Shown here: in pieces, positions 45,906-58,500 of the stretch
Layout of the letters: each line of letters opens with the position of its first letter
Numbering within the stretch: position 1 is the stretch's first letter
NCBI GenBank assembly: GCA_024704765.1
Contig: JAKMXF010000309.1
Span: 124,001-188,000 of the forward strand
From: Oopsacas minuta
Taxonomy: Eukaryota > Animalia > Porifera
DNA: 64,000 nucleotides
Direction: 5' to 3'
Notes under the pieces: generated by a model
What the model was told of the DNA's origin: nothing
The model's input: the letters and a program-made list of their open reading frames with translations, nothing else
Database searches by the model: none
Position numbers and translations under genes: made by a program

Positions 45906-46443
45906 TACAGTGAAGTTAGCCTTTTAGGAGTTGTAACTTAATAAGAATTTGGATTTAGAAATTTACCCTCAAGAATACTGAAAATTGGGTAAAGGGCCGC
46001 TCAGTTTCATAGTTGCCTGGAGCAGCAAAATTTGAAATCGCTCCAGACTCCAAGGGCAGGCACTGTATACGCATCACATCTTAGAAGATATAGTGAAACC
46101 CCGTTTAATAGTCAAATGAATTGAATAAAAATAAATGTAAAGATCTGCTAGGACAACTTGCCGAAGGACATTGTGCCTTCTACAGAATGTATATGCTTGA
46201 TACTGTAAATATATAATTCATATTGTAGTATCATAGAAATAATACATTCCGTATATGGTGTCGGAAAGATATCCTTTCGGCAAGATGTCATATCGACAAG
46301 GTAGGCGGACAGGTGTAAAAGATAAAAACAAGAAGGAATAGCTACGAATAGACAAAGGATAATATCACTAATGTAATGAGTAAATTCAATCTGTAAATTA
46401 GTAAAATAGTATAGAATACATGGAAAGAAGATAGAATGAAAAA

Positions 46444-47344
46444 TTAGAATATTTGTAGGTAGCAGTTACTCTTCTGGGATTGACAGACTACTATAATTCT
46501 ATCTTGATTATCTAATGTGATTCCTGCTGGTTGATCAGAAACTGTAATCTTGTGAATAGATTGAAATCAGTATTGAAAATAGAAATAGAATCAGAAGCAC
46601 CATCTGAAATTATAATATTTCCATGTCTGTCTATAAAAAAGAAGCAAGGATGAATAACTTGCATTCCTTCCCCTCGAGTATAACACTCTTAAGTAGAATG
46701 AGATTTTGCTCAAAGATATGAAGACAAGGATTAGATTCATCTATAATGTAAATGTATTTTTTGAATACTTTTACATCAAGTGGGTATTTGAGTATATCTC
46801 TTCCAGATTGAGATTTGAAGTGAAAGTCTTTGGTGAGTATCTGAACTATATTGCTATAATAGTCACAAATGTAAATATCTTCATTAGATTCATTCATCGT
46901 TAGACTGAAAGGATAGCTGAATTCTAATTCTCCGTTTCCATATTTACCAATTTTGGAAATGAACAGTCCATCGAGTGTATAGTTCAGGATACAGTGGTTA
47001 TATAGAGAAATAAGAATCCTATTCCCACAAATAGCTAAACCAGACGGATGGTTCATCTCTCCTTTACCATTGCTATCTCCGAATCTGAATAGGTACTTAG
47101 CAGTACTGTCAAATACCATGACACTTTTTTCCCGATAATCTGCTATGTAAATATTCCCGGTTTGGTGATCTATTGTAACACCAAATGGAGAATCAAGTTC
47201 CACATTTGCATATCCTTTCCTACTAACATTCACTATAGGTTGTTTCTTTCTTGTATAATCGATTGTTTTCACTTCCTCAACTTTGTTATTGACACGTTTT
47301 CGATTCAATCCCAGCTCGAAATTGTCTTCTCCAATAGTAGCCAT
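46444..47344 (-). pseudogene. NHL-repeat gene with short N-terminus; two apparent 1-nt frameshifts near the C-terminus
   Basis: NHL repeats are intact to ~46680. The family-typical tail (GEGMQVIHPCFFFID ... YLQIF*) continues in shifted frames to the TAA at 46444-46446. Confidence 0.75.
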
Positions 47345-47991
47345 TACCTTAGTTATCTAACAAATAAGATATTCAATACAAATCAAAATATATACATGTG
47401 AGCTCTCAACAAAGTAGCAAGGCATATAGGACAGCTACTATTATGAAAGTAGATATCAAATAACATATTAGCTGTCAGTATTTCAACGGGAACGCGAAAT
47501 TTGACACACAACTTGGGATTTCGGATTTTGACCAAAGATTCTGGGTGTACGAAATCCAATTTTCTTTTTGGGTCAAACTGTACTCGTATTCCTTAATTCT
47601 CATTGAAAGCATTGGATGGGACTGAAAATTAAATGATTTCAATACTGGGGCCACTAAACTATCAGTAAAATCTTACCCAGAATAGACTAAATCCAGTGTC
47701 GCGATATATAGAGAAAGTTCGTAGATTTGACTTGGGCATGATTATGAAATTTGACATATGACAATAATATGGCAAGAAGTTCGTGAACTTTGGTATGAAC
47801 ATGGGATGAACTATCATTGTGAATAATTAACTAAATATTTACGAGTGAGAGAAGAAATAATAATGAAAGAGTACATACACAACAAAACAACATGCTACAA
47901 ATAATTAAAGTCTACCAATATGAATGTTGGGTAATCAATGTTAAATCAAATCACTGTTTCACTTTTTATGTTTGAAAATGTACTGTGAGAA

Positions 47992-48920
47992 TTATAATAT
48001 ACTATTTTCTATTAAACTTTTTTCTTGAGCGAGTTCAACTGGTGTTTGTTGAGAAGTTTCCGATTCATTTTGTTGAATTCCAATTGGCGCAGATGGTTGC
48101 TCGCTAGCTTCATTGTCATCCTTTCCCTCAATAAAGTCTTGTAAATTCCGTATACCGTTAAGTGTTGTGGAATCAGCTTCACTAACGGAACATTCTGTAT
48201 CTTGCTCACAATCAGGGGACGAAGAATCTTGCGCTTTTTCACATATTTTCTCAACTTTTCCCAAATCAACTGAAACTTCTTCAGGGAAAAAAGAGCTAGT
48301 CCTCTCACTAGAAGATGTCGAATCGCTACTAAATACTATCGTCGATGCAGTGCTGATTTCGTGTTTCATACGCTTTGCAGGAGGAGAAAATTTCGAATCA
48401 GGAGTATATGAAGATTGTTGTGGTGGCGAAGCACAAGTCACTTTCGCATGAGAAATAACAGTCATTACTTTCTCAAAAGCGCGAATATATTTCAATTTTG
48501 AATAATAATATTTTTTGGGTTCTGAAAGTAAATCGCAGATTCGTTGTAACGTGAATGGCGGAGCTTTTGTAAATCTTTGTATGAGTAGTGAATCGATATT
48601 TTTCAAAATTACACTCTGTTCTTCGCTTTTTTCCGTATTTGGGCCTTCAAAATCACTTAAAACTTCCGTCAATTTGACTATTATAACTGTAGATAAGTAT
48701 CGCCATGGGTAGAGCACTTTACCATTCCTCGAAATTTGTAATATATCTCAGAAAGTTCACTTGGTAAAGCAGGAAATTCTTTGCCAATTATAAGTGAGAT
48801 TTCTCCTAACTTAGTTACATACTCTCTGAGAATATTCAAATATTCTTCCGGATCAGTATCAGGTAAAGGCACTGTTAATTCACGAGTTAATCTGCTTGTC
48901 TGACTGCTGTCATTAGACAT
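47992..48920 (-). CDS. PPP4R2: Protein phosphatase 4 regulatory subunit 2, with an apparent 1-nt frameshift at ~48740
   Basis: 'PPFTLQRICDLLSEPKKYY...YIRAFEKV' is the PPP4R2 core, followed by an acidic tail. The N-terminal ORF 48681-48920 joins in frame if one base is added. Confidence 0.75.
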
Positions 48921-49584
48921 TTGTAAGTTGAAATATGCTATATAAGAAAAGCAGATTTAGAATATATTATTGAGATATTTAATGTTTCGGCAGCCATGAA
49001 GGACACAAAGCGCCGACTGTGAGGTTTAATATGCGCGTAATCAATAGGTTACAGTCCAAAACAGAGCCAGAAACCTCTACAATAGAACAATAATGAATAT
49101 AAGGGAAGTAGTGTAGTCTATGGGAGAGGGTGTGGTGGTAATTGTATACATGACAACACTCGCTGGATTTTACAAAAATCCGAATATATTCAAATTTTGT
49201 GCCTTTTCCCTCAATTATCGCCTGAAAACAGGTATCCTGAGCACTTAGTTATAACGAGAGTTTTGCTGCAGGGGTTGCCAACCTATACCATCTGTGGACC
49301 CTCTCCCATATAATGTAAATGTCATATGGACTTCGGTACCACCAAGAGGTGTATGTATATAAATTTACAATGCCAGAAGAGTCTAATAATTACAAAAACA
49401 ACAAACAAATGTTCCAATCAGCAAACAATAATAATATTATTAGAAATATGAATATGCCTATAACATAAATAAACAATTAAGCTCTTCTAAGAGAAGTAAA
49501 CAAACTAGTAAACAACTAAAGTAATTCTAAACACAAATATTTTAGCTCAGTTTTGAACTTCATTCTTAGAGTATTTCAACACAA

Positions 49585-52500
49585 TTATGCCCAATACATA
49601 GTACCTAGGTCTGTTTTCACTTCTTTACGGAACTGATCCCAATTACCATTAGGGGGGATTAACTGATTGCGATCTCTATCCGGATCGCCGTAGCCAGCAG
49701 ATTTGTTATAACGAAATGCTACCCAGTGACTGTAATAAACTGGTGTGGGATAGGAGACAGATTTCGCGCATCTAGCATATGTATGACATAGTTGAAAAGT
49801 AATAGCTTGTAGTGAATCAGAATTGAAGCCGTTTTCATCCCATAGAACGTGATATAAAGCGCATTTTGCAGTGCCTTGTAGTGCAAAATGACTGTTTAGG
49901 TAGAAATTGAATTCCACTTGGTGGGTAACTGTGTGATCTAGTGTAGTGCCTGGAGGGATATTCTGCGCTTTTCCACACGCGTCTCTAGGGTTACTCGGGA
50001 ACATTCGCAGATGGTGACGTTTTTGTACTATGATTATAGTCATGGTAGGTTTGTATTCGGGATCTATTTCTAGACAAGCAGCTCGTAGAGCTAATAGCTC
50101 GTGTTCTAGAACGTGTTGGAATTGACCTTCTGATACTCCGTCTCTATAGAGATGGGATATGTAATTTTACTGGATTTTGAGAGAAATAACTTTAAAAATA
50201 TATGTTTCGTATTTGAAGTATATTGTAAAATGCTCCCCAATATGATTATCAAATACTTAACCATGGTTGGTGGATTTAGTATATCCGACCCCTCCCTTTG
50301 TTGGTTGGGGTATCTCCCCTAGATTAGTGATTACACATGTTTGGATGTTGTTCAGGGAGTTTTTGATGCGGAATTGGAGGAGGAGTTTATATAAAAGGTA
50401 AATAAACGAAAGACACCATCCATGGTTCAATACCTAATAAGCATATAGACCGGAGCCTCTCTTTGCTATGGCAACTACCGCACTGTGTAATAACACAGCA
50501 ATAACCAAGATTACTCTTCTATAACCGATCACGACTGATTTCTACGTTCGTAATGAAAAAGAACACTAAAATTTTACCAATCCTCGCACCAAACACGTGA
50601 ATTTACAACCTTTTGAGGTCATAAATGACACATTTTCCTGGTTAATATAAGCGTATACTTTTAAAAATTGGAATATTGATTAATTTTGTTTGTTTTCCAT
50701 CGTCATTTTGTTAGAAATTTGCCTTACAGCGCAGGGCAATTAATTTAATTTATTAAGTTATTCGTAAATATATGGCAGCGAATGGAGAAAAGTTTCATGT
50801 ATACTACGTACAGTCAAATCCCGATATTTTGAAGCTCAAGGGGCTGCGATAATTCCTTCGATTTATAATTATCGATGAAAACAATGTAACTTTGACGGTT
50901 TGAGACAATATTTATACAATTTCATATTTTGACATATATCCGTGTTCGATGTAACAGGAGTTGACTGTGTTTAATAAGTATTAAACAAACCTGTAGTATA
51001 TTATCTTTTGCGGTCTTCTTCCCTTGTTATACAGAATAAATGCATTTATCAATTCTTTAGCCATAGCCTTGAATTCTATAATAATCTCTTTCCGATAATG
51101 TCTTTTGGTGCCAGTTGTCGTGTCAGCATCTGCTCGCTCATGTTGCTGAAAACGACAAGAACTCGCGTATTTTGCGAGTCTTCTATCTATTGTGGCAACT
51201 GCTGCAGCGATTGAAGGGGTGTATCTATCTGTTCCTGGTTTAGGATGGTTCACATCTGCACCCATAAACATTGTAGGGTCCTTCATTAGTTGAGCTGTAG
51301 GAGTACCTGAAAATGTAAATTCAGCTAATCGGTAAAATCTGATACGGGTGTTTCTCAACATATGGTTATATGACTGAACTTAGCCAAACTGTAGGCGGCC
51401 AATGATGGATAATATGGTTGATTTTTTCCAATTATAACATTATCAAATCAATTTGATTTACACTTGATATATATTTGTAGAAATATTGTTAATTATCCTT
51501 TGTATAAACTTATATTTTAAGGTAAACTGATCATTTCTGTTTCAACTCTTCGCGGTATACATATAATATAATTGAGAGTATGTTGATTCAAATTATTGAT
51601 TTATTTCACTTGAAAACAATACAAAATCATACATTTTCATCTCTGCAGAGATTTTTAACTCATTAGAAGTTCACGGCCATTATTACAAAACCTGATCAAG
51701 CAGCTGATCAGAGTGTGGTCAGGATACAAATTAATTAATAGTTTAATCAAGGTTGAAACCGATCAAACTGAATATCAGTATTCATGAATAGCAACCTAAC
51801 CGAATACTGAATACTGATATCCGGTTGGTAACCTTGAGTTAAATACACTTTAAAATTATCCCAGGACTTCAAAATTTATATGCAAATATTATGAACTGTC
51901 CCCTCTTTTATGAGAAAAAATCCAGAATAACCAATGTTTTCCCTGAACGGTTGACAGGTAAGCAAATTCATACCATATGTGGCCATAGCTGAGTTTTAAA
52001 AACAGTAATATAGGCTTAAACTCACCTTCCATTATAATACTATGATTAACTCCACCCAATTTAGCATTGATCTTTAAACATATATTCCCTACAGTACTAC
52101 CGTTAGCCTTATTCACATTAAACTGCTTTACACACTGTGTGGGTACTCCTATCTCTGTGTCACCAACTTTCTTAACTTCTCTATACACAACTGAACTGAA
52201 TTTCCTTGGCTGCATCTTTTCATCAAGTATAACTACAATCATCTGTAACACACCGAAATACTGTTTCAATTCGATTAGTAGTTTACGGATTTCGGTATCT
52301 GTTTTCGGTTGACGTTGGATAATTTCACGAGGAGGTTTTATAACCATTCCTTTACTCCCACCTTGATGTATTAGCTCGCGGACAAAATTGGAAATGTTCC
52401 TATCATCTGTCCGACAAAAATCTATTACAATCCAACTATCCATTGGTTTAGCTTGTAGCAATTTGTACCGGGTGATGTCCCATTGGCCTCGTGAGGGTTC

Positions 52501-55500
52501 AGCTCGAGCCTCTTGGTCGTACAGGATCTGAGGGGGCTGTAGGACACGTCCATCAACACGAAGCATTTCTGGTTTGGTACTTACACCGTAATGAGCTTGT
52601 ACCTAGGAGAGATCTCAATCTCTAAATATGATCATATGAAAGCAATATTACCATCGTAAATACACAGTTAATACCAAATATTATAATATATATAAACACT
52701 TAATCATTCCTATTTAATGAGGTATGCTACATCACCCAGCGCACAAAATTATTCACCTGTGGAATGTGGACCCCCTCCCATAGACAGCAATACAAATTAT
52801 GTTGACACCTTGCTATCGTCCTTGGAACTTGGGAACAGCTGCACTACATATATATATATCCCGTCAAATATGTTCTATACACTCTGGCCATATATAGGAA
52901 TAGTTAAGTGTTCATAGCATAAGGCGAAATCACTCATAACACATAATAGCTAGCCAATTCTGATTTAATGACGTCACAAACCATAACACAAGCGAAAGTT
53001 TGCGCCTTTTGCTAATACAGTAAATTCCCGTTAAAACGAAGTGATTCATTACTCCCTTATAATGAGAGATTTCGCATTTGCTTGTAACATATATTATCAG
53101 ATATTGAATATTAACTGTGTATAAACTAACGATAGCATAGTTGGTATATATCCATATATTACGATACCTCATCAGTTCGTCCTAGTACATTCCTAGCAAT
53201 CTCATTTATCATATCTCTCCTTTCAGGTGCAGGCCTTGCTGCGAATTTTAACATTTTTGTAGTTTGTTCAGATTCTAATTCCTGACCACTTCTCTGGGCA
53301 TCTTTAATCAGACATAATTCTATTGGTAATGCTACTCTCTTGCCGGCAGAATTAGCTGTGGGAGGTTTTCCTAAAATATAATTAATTCCAGTAGATCAAA
53401 GTTAAGAGTACTGACGTCATGAGATGCGTCATAACGAGGGTATCAGGGTTTTAAAGTTAATATTGCCTGAGACTGGGTAAGGTAACTTTCGGATATTTCT
53501 AAAGTTGAATATTAAGTCATAATTGTGAATTTTCGGAAAGACTTGGACCAGTCTGAATCAAGCCCAAATATCCCAGGGGTCTTCCAGTTTGTTCAATGAA
53601 TTCTGGACACTTTTTAATAGGATATGTCCTCAGATGCGAATCGATGTGGATGGATAACAAATTTTACTGAGGTTTAGAAGATGCATAAAATGAGTAATTT
53701 AAGATAGTGTGATATATGCATTTTCAAACAATCGAATTCGAGTCCTTTCTGCAGAAATGCCAACTCTTACGGTTATTCTGTGAGTTCCACGGATTTCTCA
53801 CATATTTCAGAAGGTTACTCACGGATTGTTGAGACGCTAGGTTGGCATCTCTGCTTTTTATGACGCGATCATGATTGAACTATTCATAAGAATGAACCAT
53901 TCTTCAACGAACAGTGAATATCAGGCGAAAACACTTCAAATTTACAAACAAACAAACTTAAGACTTACCGACATTAATACAAGGTATGTGTGGATGTTTA
54001 AGGCGTATTTTATACTGCTGTAAGAAATATTGCTCCACACTAATTTTGTTACCGTCTTTTTCAAATATTTCATCTCTAGCTGATTTCAATAGCACACTAC
54101 CTCTACTCACAATCCTACTTCTCTTTGGGTATTGTAAGTGAGATGAAATAACATGTAAACTATTGAGATGATCACTAATTTTGTGTGAATATTTCCGGTT
54201 ATTCGGGTCAAATGCCAAGTTTATATCCTTAGTGTCTAGCATGTTTAGGATAAATTCGAGTAGTGGCAGGGGTTTAACGAATACTCCACATGTCTTATCA
54301 ATATTTATATATGGTTTCCACTGGCCAGGACGGACTGATTGGGAGAAACCATCCCAAATCCAACGGCCACGTCCAATGTCATTGAATTCTTCAAATCTCT
54401 GTGGTTTGTAAAAGAAACTTCGACCCATTGAAACTGCTTGCGATTTAGGGAGTTCCTTTAGGATTATGTCAATTGCAGTTATTGCTTCTTGTAAGAGATC
54501 GAGTTCATGTTCTCGTTCTACTCCAGTTTTATAGTTTTCAGTTCTGTTAACGAAATGTTGCAGGATTGAGAGATCCACTCTAAAATAGAAAAAATATATA
54601 AATACGTCACACGCTGTATAATCCAACCTCAGGGTTCAAACGAGGTATTAGGGGTGCCGATAATCGCTACTCAGTTTCCCTGTTTCTAGCAAATTCCCCG
54701 TTTGTGGAGGTTCATTTGTCTGGGTCAAGGAATTTGCTCTATTAGAAGTTCCTCGTTTTCTACAGGCCCTGATCATGGAGCTTACACGGTATTGTAACAT
54801 TTCGTAAGCGACGGCGCCATTCAATGCTTAATATGTCAATTGGAATATGTTACTAATAATTACGTATATTAGAATGTCCTGGATTTGTCCTAACTTGTAA
54901 TTGAAATTTTGGAGAATCTCTGTCAAGAGACCGGAAATAATGCTTTGGGTCTTCCCCTAACTACCATGACAGAACTTGGAACCCAAATATGATTGAGTTT
55001 AGATGTAACTTGTAACAGATACACGTTTGATATTAAATTTATACAGAAAACAGTATAATATCAGACATATAATAGAATATCTGTAGACAATACTCACTAG
55101 CATAACTCACAACAATAATTCTATCTTTATCATCTATTGTAATACCAGTTGGATCAGGAGTAGAGATTTTGTGGATACATTCATATTTAGAATTGAAAAT
55201 ATGAATAGAATCAGAATCATAATCTGAGAATAGAATATTATCAGAATTGTCTAGAAAGAAGAACCAGGGAGATATCACTTGCTGTCCTTCTCCTCTAGAA
55301 ATGATATTCTTCTGTAGAACTAGATCTTTATTGAAAATGTGTATACAAGGATTTGATCATCCAGGATAAAAATGTTGTCTCGATTAAGTTTGATATCAAG
55401 TGGTTCTGTGAGAATATCTTTACCAAACTGAGACTTGTAATGAAGGCTATCTGAGAGTATTTGAATGCGATTGTTACTACTATCACAAATGTAAACATCT

Positions 55501-58500
55501 CCATTTGATTCATCGATTGTTATACCCCAAGGATAATTAAACTCTAACTCTCCGTCTCCAGATACACCAACTCTGGAAATAAACTTTCCATCTAGCTGAT
55601 AGTTCATTATACAGTGGCTAGATTGAGAAATAAGAATTCTATTCCTACAAATAGCTAAACACATCGGGTAGTTCATTTGACCATTACCATTACTATCTCC
55701 GAATTTGAATAAATACTTAGCAGTACTGTCAAACACTTTAACACAATGATTCCATTGATCTGCTACATAAATATTTCCAGTTTGGTTATCGATTTTAACA
55801 CCAAGTGGATTGTAAAGTTTTTCATTTCCACTTCCTTTCTTACAAACACTCACTAGAGGTTGTTTCTTGCTTGTATAATCAATTCCTCTTACTTTATTAA
55901 CAAAATCTCCCAACTTGTTTACTTCACCAAATGTTGATTGTATTTCCTTCCTTACTCGACCCAATTCTAACTCAAAAGTATCTTCCGAATTTTCTCTATT
56001 CTCTTTATCTCTCGGAGGATTAGCTGTAGCCATTCGCTTTACTTTTCCCAGTTGTAACTTACAAATTTGTATAAATTCAATAATTCCAATTCAATTAAAA
56101 TACACTAAATGATATGACTAATAAGTTCGTAATAATTAATTATATCGTAATAGGAAAATCCTCTAATTGTATTAACACACAGGTATAACGAATCTAATAT
56201 AAATGAATTATGCTATTAATAGATTATTCCTAATATTAGAGATATAATTACGAACTTATTAGTCATATCATTTAGTGTATTTTAATTGAATTGGAATTAT
56301 TGAATTTATACAAATTTGTAAGTTACAACTGGAAAAGTAAAGCGAATGGCTACAGTAATCCTCCGAGAGATAAAGAGAATAGAGAAAATCGGAAGATACT
56401 TTTGAGTTAGAATTGGGTCGAGTAAGGGAGGAAATACAATCAACATTTGGTGAAGTAAACAAGTTGGGAGATTTTGTTGATAAAGTAAGAGGAATTGATT
56501 ATACAAGCAAGAAACAACCTCTAGTGAGTGTTTGTAAGAAAGGAAGTGGAAATGAAAAACTTTACAATCCACTTGATGTTAAAATCGATAACCAAACTGG
56601 AAATATTTATGTAGCAGATCAATGGAATCATTGTGTTAAAGTGTTTGACAGTACTACTAAGTATTTATTCAAATTCGGAGATAGTAATGGTAATGGTCAA
56701 ATGAACTACCCGATGTGTTTAGCTATTTGTAGGAATAGAGTTTTCATTTCTGAATTTAGACACTTATAATGAACTATCAGCTAGATGGAAAGTTTATTTC
56801 CAGAGTTGGTGTATCTGGAGACGGAGAGTTAGAGTTTAATTATCCTTGGGGCATGACAATCGATGAATCAAATGGAGATGTTTACATTTGTGATAATAGT
56901 AACAATCGCATTCAAATACTCTCAGATAACCTTCATTACAAGTCTCAGTTTGGTAAAGATATTCTCACAGAACCACTTGGTATCAAACTTAATCGAAACA
57001 ACATTTTTATCCTGGATCGATCAAATCCTTGTATACACATTTTCAATAAAGATCTAGTCCTACAGAAGAATATCATTTCTAGAGGAGAAGAACAGCAAGT
57101 GATATCTCCCTGGTTCTTCTTTCTAGACAATTCTGATAATATTCTATTCTCAGATTATGATTATGATTCTATTCATATTTTCAATTCTAAATATGAATGT
57201 ATCCACAAAATCTCTATCACTACCCATCAGGTGGATAACAATAGATGATAAAATAGAATTATTGTTGTATCTGGGAATTGTGTACGCATATTCTAATACT
57301 TTGCTAACTATGGATTGAATTTTGTTTGTTTAATTAAACTTTAGAAGATCATTGAATTAGAGAATGAATTATTACATATGTCATACATTTCTATAGAAAA
57401 GTATAGAGGCAGTGTTTCCCCCAAAGCGAGTTAAGCGTGTCAAATAACGCGATATAATATCTAGTTGTGTTAAAAATGAACACTATGCAAAGGATTTAAT
57501 AAGTATATAAGCGACAGAGCACCACACAATCCCAACATGAGCTCTTTCCAAAAATTCTATGGGAAACACACTGATAGTGGGGGTGGTGAATAATTTATGG
57601 GCCGGGACCGGACCGCTGCAATTCTATTAATGTAGTAGTAATTGAATTCAATAATATTTAGATCATTTCATCATATTTGGATTCAAAGTTCAGTCATAGA
57701 CATGGATCGGAAAGTTACACCTTTTCCAGAAGATCTCGAAGTGGGGAGATTGAGCCCAGGCCTAATATTAGGTTCTTCGTCGTCCCGATTCTTCGCTTTC
57801 AGAGGTAGTTCAAAATACCCGCTTATATCAAAGTTGAAATTGTATAAATATAGTCTCAAACAGTCAAAGGAACCTAATTTTATCTCTGGATTTTCAATAT
57901 TTACCCTGGAGAATAAAAAACTAACTTGTTTGCAGGTTTGAGAATTACATGAGCTTTCCTTTTAACTCCATTCCTTCCATCCTCTGGATCTCTCCATTCT
58001 ACTACATGTTTCAATAAGGGAGATGATCCCATTAACTGTCGTTTTGTGTACATGATAGCTCTACCATCATATATTGGATGTTCGTTAGGATAGATTGATT
58101 TACATTCATCGAGAAACATATTCATAACGTAACGTTTCTCGTCTCTATCCGTCATACCGTTTCCTTCATAACCTTTTGGAAAATATAGGATAAGAATAGC
58201 TGAAACGTATAAGAGTGTTGTTTCGACAAAGTAGACCTCTCTATATACTTTTTAGATAATTAACCATGGATGGTGGATTTAACGTATTTTTAGTTAGGCC
58301 ACTGTTAATGAGAAACTTGTTTCAGCTCCACATGAGATCCACCTGACTATGTATACGGGCGCGCGACTCATTATCTTTATCTCATTATTTTGTGACGTAA
58401 CAGCGGGAAAAATGGTTCATTCATAAAAATATGAAAATGACTGAAGTTGATATTGTACGCTGGACGACAAAAAGTGACCTACATTGTACTATTGATGTTC

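Noticed and set aside
51748-51836. Dispersed hairpin-forming 89-mer as an SL RNA or other ncRNA gene
   Set aside because: Terminal inverted repeats and an 8-bp TSD fit a hAT MITE; no clear donor plus Sm-site arrangement.
55111-57268. The palindromes as pure fold-back read artefacts
   Set aside because: The arms differ by many substitutions and distinct indels and have unique spacers, unlike a single-molecule fold-back. Read-level confirmation is still advisable.
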